36,322 nucleotides of DNA from a virus (IMGVR_UViG_3300044259_000239:1-36322), one strand, 5' to 3'; counted from the stretch's first letter, positions 26,798 through 35,475 are shown. A program made the numbers and translations. The notes: generated from the letters alone by a model not told the origin.

Positions 26798-27175
26798 TTA
26801 CAAAACCTCTTTGATCAGTTCAGAGAAATTCTCCCATAAGTAACGTCCGATCGCTCTCGTTCTGAACACACGGCGGGAGCCGCAGTACGTAAACGTGAGC
26901 CAGCAATCGACAACGTTCAACGACCAGCCCGAAGAGGGAGAAAACTCGTACCAATTTTCATATTTAGCTTGATCTGTATCTGAGTAATCAGGAATCCAGG
27001 GTTTTTCCTGGTCTTCATTATTTAACGCTCTGATCACTACGTCCAACTTATAGTTAGCAATAATATTCGATCTGTCTTTTTCGTTTTCCAGGTGATCTAC
27101 CACCGGCATTAAATTGATATCTAATCCCTCAGCTGCGAAAGCCTTTTCAATTGTGTTGATTGTTGATTGTGACAT
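26798..27175 (-). CDS. DGR target protein 1
   Basis: 125 aa containing VR1 (SPSSGWSLNVVDCWLTFTYCGSR). Confidence 0.9.
   Translation of the reverse strand: MSQSTINTIEKAFAAEGLDINLMPVVDHLENEKDRSNIIANYKLDVVIRALNNEDQEKPWIPDYSDTDQAKYENWYEFSPSSGWSLNVVDCWLTFTYCGSRRVFRTRAIGRYLWENFSELIKEVL
26872..26942 (-). repeat. Variable repeat VR1
   Basis: 11 mismatches to TR over 71 nt, all at TR adenines. Confidence 0.95.
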
Positions 27176-27179
27176 GTTT

Positions 27180-27656
27180 TTATTTGATTAAATTGATATA
27201 AATTTCTTTGAATGTTTCCCAAGCGTAGCGAGCGTGGTCTTTATCGATGAACGCCAGGCGGGAGCCGCAGCCCGTATACGCGAGCCAGCCACCGACAAGG
27301 TTCAACGACCAGCCCGAAGAGGGAGAAAACTCGTAAAAGTGGAAATACTTTGGCTGATTGCTGTTAGCCCAATTGATCACCTCTTTACTGTCCGCATTAA
27401 AACAACGACTGATAAGTAATGCCTGGCGCAGAGCATTTGCCGCAATGTCGTCTGGGTCTTCACTGTCGCAGATGTATTTTTTAGGATTAACCCCCATCTC
27501 CTTGCACACATCATCAAAATTTTTGATGCGTTCCATGATGTTTGGAACAAAGGTTTTAGCTCCGAAAAGAGTTTTCAAAAATTCTTTTCTTCCTGGCTTC
27601 GCTTTTTCAAAAGCCTTTAATACAGTGCCTTTCTCGGCTGTCAATGTTTCATTCAT
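27180..27656 (-). CDS. DGR target protein 2 (paralog of target 1)
   Basis: 158 aa containing VR2 (SPSSGWSLNLVGGWLAYTGCGSR). Confidence 0.9.
   Translation of the reverse strand: MNETLTAEKGTVLKAFEKAKPGRKEFLKTLFGAKTFVPNIMERIKNFDDVCKEMGVNPKKYICDSEDPDDIAANALRQALLISRCFNADSKEVINWANSNQPKYFHFYEFSPSSGWSLNLVGGWLAYTGCGSRLAFIDKDHARYAWETFKEIYINLIK
27257..27327 (-). repeat. Variable repeat VR2
   Basis: 13 mismatches to TR over 71 nt, all at TR adenines. Confidence 0.95.
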
Positions 27657-27688
27657 TTTTATTTGTTGTTTAAATTATTTACTTGTTT

Positions 27689-27910
27689 TTAATCAATGAA
27701 TCCTTTTAATTTTAAAGTTCCTGGATCACAAAGCAAATTACCTGTAACAGTGTATACCCTTTGTTTTCCGTTTACTAATGGATCAGAGTGGAATGTTCTA
27801 CCAACCAAACCTGATTTTGTTTCTACTATGTAACCTTGGTTTGTTTCGTTTAAAACTGCAAAGCGATTCATTTGCTTAAGAAACTCTAGCTCTTCATTTG
27901 ATAGTTCCAT
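27689..27910 (-). CDS. Hypothetical protein
   Basis: 73-aa early-operon ORF. Confidence 0.55.
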   Translation of the reverse strand: MELSNEELEFLKQMNRFAVLNETNQGYIVETKSGLVGRTFHSDPLVNGKQRVYTVTGNLLCDPGTLKLKGFID

Positions 27911-27928
27911 TTTTAAAAGTATTTCTAG

Positions 27929-28378
27929 TTAATATTCATCGTTGTATCTTTTCTGATTTAGCCAGGTGACTAAATGTGCTTTGGCCTGTCCTGTTTTGTT
28001 TAAATGATTCTGATAGGCTTTATGGTTTAGAAAACATTTGATTTTATTATCTTCCGTGAGTTTGTTCCAGGCTTTTTCAGACGCTTCCTTTTTTACTTTC
28101 AAGTCCCAAATTTGCCAGAAAGCTTCAAAGGATAAATCAGGAGGTGATTTATCAATATCAAAGCGCTTCTTATACTTATCGAGTTTCATCCAGTTCTGAT
28201 AAATCAGATTCTCTGTGGCTGGGAAGTTCGAAGAGTAGAGCCAGAACATCTGTTCATTGGTGAGCTGGCCATCTTCTATTTTAAACTCTCTTAACATGCC
28301 GGTTAAATCGTATTTAAAAAGCAATGTCAGTTCGAGTGTCTTCCCTTTAGCCCTAAAAATTGTTAGTGGTTCTGTCAT
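27929..28378 (-). CDS. Hypothetical protein with replication-protein-like helical C-terminus
   Basis: SFEAFWQIW..KVKKEASEKAWNKL...HLVTWLNQKRYNDE pattern. Confidence 0.6.
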   Translation of the reverse strand: MTEPLTIFRAKGKTLELTLLFKYDLTGMLREFKIEDGQLTNEQMFWLYSSNFPATENLIYQNWMKLDKYKKRFDIDKSPPDLSFEAFWQIWDLKVKKEASEKAWNKLTEDNKIKCFLNHKAYQNHLNKTGQAKAHLVTWLNQKRYNDEY

Positions 28379-28515
28379 TTCAAGAGATATTTAACAGGTT
28401 TAATGTCTTTGTGATTTGCTGCCAATTGAATCGCTTCTTTGCGTAACCTGGCATCAGTTTCGAAAATGCTCTCAGTCTTCAGTACCGGACGTCTCTTTTT
28501 TAGATTCTTATGCAT
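28375..28515 (-). CDS. Small hypothetical protein (46 aa), not in the ORF track
   Basis: MHKNLKKRRPVLKTES...KYLLK*; start and stop overlap both neighbours. Confidence 0.6.
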   Translation of the reverse strand: MHKNLKKRRPVLKTESIFETDARLRKEAIQLAANHKDIKPVKYLLK

Positions 28516-28850
28516 TAGGCCAACTGTTGATTAATTGTTGCTGATATCCAGTTAATAGTATTACGATCATAATCTGAGAAAGGAAATTGATGCATTGACA
28601 ATAAATACTGCTCTAAAAAATGAGCCTCGACAAGTTCTAGTGAGAAGTGATACTTCTTTATTTTTTTAGAGAACTTCGTCGGCTTCTTTACACTTAGCTG
28701 CCTTTTTTTGAACATTATTGTCGTATTGTCAAGTACACTTTTTGCGACTTTCTCAATTCGGTTGTTAACCGGAACTCTCGACGCTTGATCCAATGAATAG
28801 ACCAAAGCACTAAGATGATTTTCTGTGAGGTTTAATGTTACTATGCTCAT
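28515..28850 (-). CDS. Hypothetical protein
   Basis: 111-aa early-operon ORF. Confidence 0.6.
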   Translation of the reverse strand: MSIVTLNLTENHLSALVYSLDQASRVPVNNRIEKVAKSVLDNTTIMFKKRQLSVKKPTKFSKKIKKYHFSLELVEAHFLEQYLLSMHQFPFSDYDRNTINWISATINQQLA

Positions 28851-28851
28851 G

Positions 28852-28995
28852 TCAACATTCGGTTTTAGGTTCGCTTAGTTGTTTTTTACATTTCAAGCAG
28901 AATTCTGCTGTTTTTTCACATGTAGTCGTACTTTCTAGGACTCTTATTGCGGTTTCTTCGTGTGGACATTCTGCCGCTATTTTAAAATTCATCAT
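28852..28995 (-). CDS. Small zinc-finger-like protein (47 aa), not in the ORF track
   Basis: MMNFKIAAECPHEET...EFCLKCKKQLSEPKTEC*; fills the operon gap. Confidence 0.6.
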   Translation of the reverse strand: MMNFKIAAECPHEETAIRVLESTTTCEKTAEFCLKCKKQLSEPKTEC

Positions 28996-29210
28996 TAGTG
29001 GTATAGTCCGCAGTTAGAACAGTAGTAACGACCATTTGCTTTTTTTACAGGCATTTCGATTTCGCATTCGAAGCAATGCAAGTCTCCCAGTTCCTCGATC
29101 TGTTCAGTATTAGTTTCAGTATTTTTAAACAATTTAATTAGCCAAACTGAGGTGCGGTAACCAATTAAAACAAGTAGAGCTTCTAGTGAAATAATTATTA
29201 AATATTCCAT
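28995..29210 (-). CDS. Membrane-anchored zinc-ribbon protein
   Basis: Hydrophobic N-terminus; CFEC...CSNC. Confidence 0.6.
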   Translation of the reverse strand: MEYLIIISLEALLVLIGYRTSVWLIKLFKNTETNTEQIEELGDLHCFECEIEMPVKKANGRYYCSNCGLYH

Positions 29211-29227
29211 AACAATCTGATTTTAGT

Positions 29228-29593
29228 TTATATTGAATTTTTCCAATCCACAACACCGTCCAAGGCCTTAATGATTTTTGAAACTTCAGATGGAGTCATT
29301 TTTTTTAAAGGCTTTTTAACGGGTGATTTGGTACTTTTTAAAAACCTGTCAAACCACCCTGTCATGTCCGCAACTTCACCATGTCTTTCATTCTTTACAA
29401 CAATGTTTGCTGCTCTCAGATTTGACTGGATTCGTTTGTGTTGACTGTTCTTTGAATCAAATAACCCCCAATTAACATCTGAAGAAAATTTCCCGCCCTG
29501 GACAATGTTTTGCAATTGTTGTTTTGGGCTTTGATAATCGTCGATTGCGGAACCTGTTCCGGTGTAGACGTATGGTGCTGATTTAACTTTCAT
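29228..29593 (-). CDS. Hypothetical protein, possibly GemA/gp16-like
   Basis: C-terminal KPLKKMTPSEVSKIIKALD helix; position in the Mu-like early region. Confidence 0.45.
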   Translation of the reverse strand: MKVKSAPYVYTGTGSAIDDYQSPKQQLQNIVQGGKFSSDVNWGLFDSKNSQHKRIQSNLRAANIVVKNERHGEVADMTGWFDRFLKSTKSPVKKPLKKMTPSEVSKIIKALDGVVDWKNSI

Positions 29594-29993
29594 CCGACAC
29601 TAATTCTAATTGTTCGCACCAGACGTTATTAATTTCTATACCTGAATCGCTTTTGATATTTAGAGAAATATTGCTGTTGTTAGTTCTTCCCGTTATCGTC
29701 ACAATTTCATCTTTTGGAATTTCTTCACCTGCGATATTTCTCTGTAGAGTGATAAGTTTCGCTTTCTTATTATCAAAAAAGTCTCTTCTTTTGTTCTTTA
29801 AAAATGTTGCTGTCATATTCCAGTATTGTGTAATTTTTGTTAATATTCCGTTTTTGTGTAATTTGATACTGAGGTTTTGTTTATAGATTGTTTTGATTCT
29901 AAAAGTTAACCACTCAACATAGTCGGCAATATCTTTCCGATTTAGTACTACCAGCAATACTGCTAGTAGTACTATAATGCTATTCGGATGCAT
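29583..29993 (-). CDS. Hypothetical protein with N-terminal hydrophobic segment
   Basis: 136 aa, overlaps both neighbours. Confidence 0.5.
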   Translation of the reverse strand: MHPNSIIVLLAVLLVVLNRKDIADYVEWLTFRIKTIYKQNLSIKLHKNGILTKITQYWNMTATFLKNKRRDFFDNKKAKLITLQRNIAGEEIPKDEIVTITGRTNNSNISLNIKSDSGIEINNVWCEQLELVSDES

Positions 29994-30615
29994 TTATACT
30001 GGAAATGTTAAGCTCAACATTATTGTACTGTCCAGATTCATCCTTAACCCAAATCCTGAAATATGTTTTTGAGGTTGGTCTTCTAATTGCTTCTATAATG
30101 CAATCGCAGGCTTTTGTAAAGAGTTCGTTACCGACTCTTACTTTGTATTTGGTAATCTTCAGGACTTGCTTAACATCTAACTGGCCATTTCGCTGAGTTG
30201 AAAAAGCATCTTTGATCATGTCTTTTACAAATTCATTTTTACTCTCGATGTTTTCATTCAGAAACTGATCTAAATAATCTTTAGCTGCTAAAATGGTCAA
30301 GTCGTCAAACTTTATCGGTTCAGAATTAGATACTTCAATTTTGATGCTTCTATTGAAGTTGTACCAGGTGAAATTTCCTTTTGATTCCTTGATAATTTCT
30401 TTTGACTTCATAAAAGCGTCAAAAGCTTCAGCAGATGCTTCTTGAATTAACTTTTTAAATTCAACCAATTGTTTGTTTAATGACAAAGCGACTTTTAAAA
30501 GTTTGGCCGATGAGCGTTCAAATAACTTTTCAGTTGGAGTTATTCGGTTAAATGGAATTGAGGCGTTTGATTCATCAATCCAAATCGTATCTTTTGATGT
30601 GTGCGTTATTTTCAT
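29980..30615 (-). CDS. DUF3164-like protein of transposable phages
   Basis: KGNFTWYNFNRSIKIEV, IKFDD and SKTYFRIW motifs. Confidence 0.75.
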   Translation of the reverse strand: MKITHTSKDTIWIDESNASIPFNRITPTEKLFERSSAKLLKVALSLNKQLVEFKKLIQEASAEAFDAFMKSKEIIKESKGNFTWYNFNRSIKIEVSNSEPIKFDDLTILAAKDYLDQFLNENIESKNEFVKDMIKDAFSTQRNGQLDVKQVLKITKYKVRVGNELFTKACDCIIEAIRRPTSKTYFRIWVKDESGQYNNVELNISSINASE

Positions 30616-30621
30616 AATTAT

Positions 30622-30855
30622 TTAAGTTATTTTTTGTGTGTTACTAAGTTGTATTTCTTCAGATTCTATTATTGTATACTGGATATTATATCTAAATCTG
30701 TCTCGGAGTTCTTTTATGGCTTCATCATCAGAATCATAATCATAGGAAACAATGACTGTTCTTTTTTTAGCATGGTACTCAAATCGACCTTTTATTTTTT
30801 GATGCAATTTGTACCGTCTATTTTGATCAGGAGTTCTGATTTTCGACCTACTCAT
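30622..30855 (-). CDS. Hypothetical protein
   Basis: 77-aa ORF in the operon. Confidence 0.55.
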   Translation of the reverse strand: MSRSKIRTPDQNRRYKLHQKIKGRFEYHAKKRTVIVSYDYDSDDEAIKELRDRFRYNIQYTIIESEEIQLSNTQKIT

Positions 30856-31141
30856 TTGCCCAAGGGTTAGGTATTAAATTTGCCCAGGATACTTTGCCAA
30901 GTTTTTCCAAAGTCATTTGTACTTTTGCTTCCAAAGCAGGATTAACATTGTAGTATCTAATTTGATGCGGAAAATTATCCTTATTGATTTGCGAAAAGAG
31001 TGCGCCTCGTTCCTGATTTATGCAAATCCTTTCGGAAGTAGTGAAAATATAAATTTTGCCTTCCTTTTGGTTCCTGGAGCAGATCCAGAGAACATTGTGC
31101 AATGCTGCTAATCTTTCTTCTATAGTTGTTTTATCGTTCAT
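30848..31141 (-). CDS. Hypothetical protein
   Basis: 97-aa ORF in the operon. Confidence 0.55.
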   Translation of the reverse strand: MNDKTTIEERLAALHNVLWICSRNQKEGKIYIFTTSERICINQERGALFSQINKDNFPHQIRYYNVNPALEAKVQMTLEKLGKVSWANLIPNPWANE

Positions 31142-31143
31142 GT

Positions 31144-31290
31144 TTAATAATGATTTTGGGTTTTACTTGCTTGCTTTTCCCGTAGGTTTCGCAAATCCTT
31201 TTGTATCAAGTATTGGTTCTCGTGGTTTGGATTATCTCTCAACCACTGTTCTAACTCACTTATTTTGTTGATTATCTGTTGTGGTGTCAT
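31144..31290 (-). CDS. Small helical protein (48 aa), not in the ORF track
   Basis: MTPQQIINKISELEQWLRDNPNHE...TQNHY*; fills the gap with 2-nt spacers. Confidence 0.6.
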   Translation of the reverse strand: MTPQQIINKISELEQWLRDNPNHENQYLIQKDLRNLREKQASKTQNHY

Positions 31291-31292
31291 AT

Positions 31293-31955
31293 TTATGGGC
31301 TCAATTGTTTTTTATTAGTTATGTCCATCCAGTATTCGGCAGCTCCTTCTTCCCAAATTATGTAAGGCTCACCGCCTCCGTGTCGGCTCATGGGCAAAGC
31401 CTTAAATCCTTCAACTCTTATTTTTACATCGGCATCGTAGCGAATAAACTTTGCAATGTTGCCTAATGGTTCTTTTCCTTCAGCATGACTATTGAAAATA
31501 AATAGTACGTCTGTAAATTCTTCCTTTAGTTCGATGTATTGCCTCTTGGTTAGTCCTGTGTACTGAAAACTGTCAATAAAAACAAAATGTGGGTGTTTCT
31601 TTTTTCTTAATCTAATTTTCAATTCTTCAATTGGCTCGCGATTCAGAAGAATGAAATTCTTACGAACACTTTCCTCATCCATACCTGCATCAATGATGTT
31701 TCTTTGCATCGACAACCTAGCACCCTCTTCTAATGTATTGTAAGCTACTTTCCCATGTCCGGTTAGCTCTTTTGACAACCACATTAGAAACCTTGATTTT
31801 CCATGTCCTGAATTACCCCATACAAACCAAACTCCATTAGCTTCAGGTGTTCCTATGCATTTTTTAAACTTTGGCGAAAGCTCTAGTTTTTTGAACTTCT
31901 TGTTTTTTAGTTCCGAAACTGAAACAGCTCTGTTAATCTTCCTGGCTTGTGTCAT
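31293..31955 (-). CDS. RecA/Sms-like P-loop ATPase
   Basis: GNSGHGKS Walker A, YNTLEEG, VFIDSFQ Walker B. Confidence 0.8.
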   Translation of the reverse strand: MTQARKINRAVSVSELKNKKFKKLELSPKFKKCIGTPEANGVWFVWGNSGHGKSRFLMWLSKELTGHGKVAYNTLEEGARLSMQRNIIDAGMDEESVRKNFILLNREPIEELKIRLRKKKHPHFVFIDSFQYTGLTKRQYIELKEEFTDVLFIFNSHAEGKEPLGNIAKFIRYDADVKIRVEGFKALPMSRHGGGEPYIIWEEGAAEYWMDITNKKQLSP

Positions 31956-32802
31956 TCAGTTTTTGTTTTAAGGCGTGTATTTTCCTTTTTACTCTTCTCA
32001 AATCAGACTCACAATCATCCCAAACCATTTTTATCTGAGATTTATCTTCAATTCCATTAGCCATACATACCTGAGAAACATCTGTAAAACCAATTCCTTT
32101 TAGTTCTATACATTTTCTACCAATACGGCTGTAAATTTCTTTGTAGCCCTTTTTATTGATTTTTAGACCTCTTTTTATGCGCTTGTCTAAATGATCAGTT
32201 GCGCAAAGAATAATCCCGCAATAGTCTTCCAACTTGTTGTAAAGTGTAATAAAGAAGTATAAGACCTGATCTGTTAATTTATCAGCTTCGTCCAATATGA
32301 TCAATGGTTTATTTTTTTTCAGGATTTGGTTAACTGCTTCTTGCATCATTTCCGAAACAGTTAATCCGGAACAGTCACGCCCCATAGTTTGAAGTAGCTC
32401 CTGAAGAAAATATTTTTTGTTCCAAAATTCAGAACAACTCAAACGATAAACATTTTCATTACTCAAAGTATATTGCTCGATTGCTTTAGTTTTTCCACTT
32501 CCAGCATCGCCAACGATTGCAAAAACATTACTGTGAAGTTGGGCATCAGCAAAAAAGCGATTCAATAATTTAAAATCTCTAGTTTCAACTAGTACCCATT
32601 CATTTGGTAGAGATTGTTTGATTTGGCTTTCGATGTTTCGCCACATATCTTCGGCAACTAATTCTGTCTTGCCTGTAAGTATTTGTGATATAGTAGCAGC
32701 GCTTACACCATTAAGAGAATTTGCAGCTTTGTTTTGAGAACCTTTCTGCTGGCAGAAAAGGCGTAAAGATTCAGTTACTTGTTGTTTTTGAGTAGCATTC
32801 AT
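31933..32802 (-). CDS. MuB-like AAA+ transposition ATPase
   Basis: N-terminal HTH, GDAGSGKT, LIILDEADKL, EIYSRIGR; follows the transposase. Confidence 0.9.
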   Translation of the reverse strand: MNATQKQQVTESLRLFCQQKGSQNKAANSLNGVSAATISQILTGKTELVAEDMWRNIESQIKQSLPNEWVLVETRDFKLLNRFFADAQLHSNVFAIVGDAGSGKTKAIEQYTLSNENVYRLSCSEFWNKKYFLQELLQTMGRDCSGLTVSEMMQEAVNQILKKNKPLIILDEADKLTDQVLYFFITLYNKLEDYCGIILCATDHLDKRIKRGLKINKKGYKEIYSRIGRKCIELKGIGFTDVSQVCMANGIEDKSQIKMVWDDCESDLRRVKRKIHALKQKLNDTSQED

Positions 32803-32821
32803 TATTTTGTCTGTTTTAGTT

Positions 32822-34819
32822 TTACATTAAATCTGAAAAATCATCATCATCTATTGTCGTGACCATATTGGACACATTTTTTTGAAATTGGCCGATGTCG
32901 TCGACAGTCTCAGGCTTACCTTTTTTCTTTTTCTTGGTTTCAATTCCCATAAGCTTTGGACTTACTAGTCCATAATCTTCTGGCCTCATTTTATGCTGTT
33001 CTAAAATGCTGTCCACTTTGTCGCGAGCTTCAATCCTAAGACGTTTGTTTTCTTTATCGATTGTTCTGAAAAATTCTGCTTCCCAATCTTCTTTCTCCTG
33101 CTGTGATCTATGTATTTCTACTTTTGTTTCAGCTGAGCACACGCGTCTTAATCCTAGCGGTGTGTTTTCATACAATTGAATCAAAGTCATATCATCAGGG
33201 TCATACTTTACAATGAATTTCTTATCGATATTCTCACGTAACCAAACCAAGTCTGGCATCCTGTCTTCATTATAGACCATGTAATTGTATTCGGTCTTTT
33301 TATCAGTAAATCCAATGCCGTATGCGGTGCAGGTAACAGGTACATCGCGCTGAATCCAAAACATGTCCATCATATCCCAAATATTGACCTCAGGCGTTGC
33401 AGGATTTGAGCTATTCAAATACATTTCAAGACGTGGCTTTCCTGTTTTTGGGTGTTTCCCTTGGTTCCATTCCTCACGACGTTTTTTGTATGTCTCTTTG
33501 ATTTCTTCCAGAGAAGGCAGGCTCTTTTTGTTTGCCAGAATAAATTCCATGTTTGCCTTGCTTTCCGCTTTTTTGGCTTGGATGTTCTGACCTGTAAAAA
33601 ACCAATCCTGCTTTAAATACTGCTGTTGAAATCTCGCGAACGCATTTTCAATAGTTTTCGATTTACCATTGTATGGTGCGGTTCGGGTTGTAATTCTGGC
33701 CAGTTTTCCTAAGAAGCTTTGTGCCTCAAGTTTTTTCGTTCCGCCCTGATTATCAAATTTGATCTCGTAAGGTCTGTGTCCTGAAATTTGCAGCGCCATT
33801 TTGTATGCGTGATACTGAGCTTCAAAATTTTCGCTGTCCGAAATGTGATAACCTATAAACACTTCGCTGTATGTGTCAAACACTTCATAAACCTGTGTCG
33901 TTTTCACTTTTCCGTTTTCCTGATAGTAGTAATTCAGTTTTGTACCGTCAGAATACCATAGTGAATCTCTCGAGCTTGGTAGTATTGTACTCTGCTGATA
34001 GCTATATTTCTCTTTAGATTTCAACTCACCGTGACGATAGCCATACCATAGCGGTTCAATTTTTGGATCAGTTAGAAAATTTATTAATGACTGTTCGGTT
34101 TTTAGTTCCTTCCACTCCTGAGTTTCCGCCATTTGGTTATACTCCCTTAAAAGTTGCGTGTAACCTGTGCATTTTTTTACCCTATCACACCATCGAGCTA
34201 AAACCCAAGATTTGGCTTCATCATTCAATTTTTCTGAGTTTTTGTGTCCAAATCCGCTATGGATTAGAGACAAATAACCGTTCTTCATATATAAATTGAA
34301 CTTGTCTCGTAATCGTTTTTCGTTGCTCGGCAATGAATGCGGGTATGTGTGGCGCGGCAGTTCTTTTAAAATTGGCATTATCTTCTCCCATGGTTTAACT
34401 TTAGAGCCTAGGGCTTTTCGACGGCTCATTGTTGAGTTTAGAATCGCGCCGATAGCATTTAAAACCTGTGCATTGGCAATGTATTCTTTAATATTCTTTT
34501 CAGGTAGCGGGTCGCCATTGTCTAAAGTATAATCTTTAAAAAACCTGTTTGCGGCATCATCATAATTAATGTAATCCGTAAAAATGATATGGCTCGCTTT
34601 AGCTGGTTCTCCTAATGCTTCGATCACCAAAGCTTGATGTTGTGGTTCTAAACTATCAAAGGCAACATAAGCCGTATTTCCTTTTCCTTTTCCTTCTTTA
34701 GTGCGTTTTAATTTACCTCGTTGGCAGTGCGACATATATGTTGCATATGCCATCAATGATAAATCATCATAAAGAAGCCGAGCAGGTATTGATAGTAGGT
34801 TTGAATGGTATTGGTACAT
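32822..34819 (-). CDS. MuA-like DDE transposase
   Basis: WYSDGT (D), KFDNQGG (D), SKTIENAF (E), VKYDPDDM. Confidence 0.92.
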   Translation of the reverse strand: MYQYHSNLLSIPARLLYDDLSLMAYATYMSHCQRGKLKRTKEGKGKGNTAYVAFDSLEPQHQALVIEALGEPAKASHIIFTDYINYDDAANRFFKDYTLDNGDPLPEKNIKEYIANAQVLNAIGAILNSTMSRRKALGSKVKPWEKIMPILKELPRHTYPHSLPSNEKRLRDKFNLYMKNGYLSLIHSGFGHKNSEKLNDEAKSWVLARWCDRVKKCTGYTQLLREYNQMAETQEWKELKTEQSLINFLTDPKIEPLWYGYRHGELKSKEKYSYQQSTILPSSRDSLWYSDGTKLNYYYQENGKVKTTQVYEVFDTYSEVFIGYHISDSENFEAQYHAYKMALQISGHRPYEIKFDNQGGTKKLEAQSFLGKLARITTRTAPYNGKSKTIENAFARFQQQYLKQDWFFTGQNIQAKKAESKANMEFILANKKSLPSLEEIKETYKKRREEWNQGKHPKTGKPRLEMYLNSSNPATPEVNIWDMMDMFWIQRDVPVTCTAYGIGFTDKKTEYNYMVYNEDRMPDLVWLRENIDKKFIVKYDPDDMTLIQLYENTPLGLRRVCSAETKVEIHRSQQEKEDWEAEFFRTIDKENKRLRIEARDKVDSILEQHKMRPEDYGLVSPKLMGIETKKKKKGKPETVDDIGQFQKNVSNMVTTIDDDDFSDLM

Positions 34820-34853
34820 AATTTAAACGGTGTTTAAATGGTCTTTTATTTGT

Positions 34854-34893
34854 TCCCGCCTGGTACTCGAAACCAGGAGTGTGCCACTCGGGA
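34854..34893 (-). ncRNA. Mini tRNA-like structure with T-loop
   Basis: TCCCG-AGTG gca CACT-CCTGGT TTCGAGT ACCAGG-CGGGA. Confidence 0.55.
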
Positions 34894-34935
34894 GGAATTA
34901 CTATATTTACCGTCTCACTTATAAATACTAGTAAT

Positions 34936-35277
34936 ATGTTGCCTTCTTATGTTTTAACTGTCGACATTAAAGTTGATAGCCGATTAATTTCTTTTGAGCT
35001 ATTTCGAGAGCGAGTTTCTCAAAGTCTGGTTTCCCTTGAGGTGTTGAAGGGAGCTTTTGACCGGTCTCCTTGCACCATATCGTATTATCCTCACGACGTT
35101 CAACAGTCCAAACACGAACATCCCGAATGGTCTGCGCGAGGCGTTGTAATGATTTCTGTGGGAATACAGAGAGGTGAGTATCTGGTTGGTCTTTATGAAT
35201 CAATTGCTCGTTTGATTGAATTTGAGCTTCCAGACTTTGAAGTAAAGGCGGAGACCAGTAAATTTTCTTTTTCATAA
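34936..35277 (+). CDS. Hypothetical protein antisense to the early operon
   Basis: 113 aa from ATG 34936 with an A-rich leader and globular-looking composition. Confidence 0.5.
   Translation: MLPSYVLTVDIKVDSRLISFELFRERVSQSLVSLEVLKGAFDRSPCTISYYPHDVQQSKHEHPEWSARGVVMISVGIQRGEYLVGLYESIARLIEFELPDFEVKAETSKFSFS
34967..35275 (-). CDS. Hypothetical early protein (overlaps the plus-strand ORF)
   Basis: ATG 2 nt after the Cro-like stop; wholly antisense to 34936-35277. Confidence 0.35.
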   Translation of the reverse strand: MKKKIYWSPPLLQSLEAQIQSNEQLIHKDQPDTHLSVFPQKSLQRLAQTIRDVRVWTVERREDNTIWCKETGQKLPSTPQGKPDFEKLALEIAQKKLIGYQL

Positions 35278-35475
35278 TTATGTAGTCACATTATTAACCT
35301 CCTCATTATTTTTTATTTCTTCCTGTAATAGCTCTAATGCTCTTGCACGAATTTTTTGTGCTACCTCAGAGTTATTGAAATATCTTAATGCAGCATAAAT
35401 CGTTTGTCGAGATACCTGGCTAAATTCTTTTTGGATGATCTCATGGTGAGTTCTTGCTAAATTGATTGATTTCAT
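35278..35475 (-). CDS. Cro/Ner-like small HTH regulator
   Basis: VSRQTIYAALRY...AQKIRARAL; divergent from the repressor. Confidence 0.75.
   Translation of the reverse strand: MKSINLARTHHEIIQKEFSQVSRQTIYAALRYFNNSEVAQKIRARALELLQEEIKNNEEVNNVTT

Larger units (their letters stand above)
25329..27656 (-). mobile_element. Diversity-generating retroelement: target-target-TR-RT-small ORF
   Basis: DGR-type RT plus TR and two VRs that differ from TR only at adenines. Confidence 0.95.

Noticed and set aside
26686-27327. Three repeat copies as a CRISPR array
   Set aside because: Irregular spacing, two copies inside ORFs, A-specific mismatches and no cas genes; fits TR/VR.
460-34532. Numerous short opposite-strand ORFs in the track (e.g. 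460-684, 10079-10441, 16248-16637, 18426-18830, 27358-27699)
   Set aside because: Shadow frames of well-supported genes with no motifs.
34854-34893. Functional tRNA gene or att site
   Set aside because: Only 40 nt with no anticodon arm; transposable phages do not use tRNA att sites.
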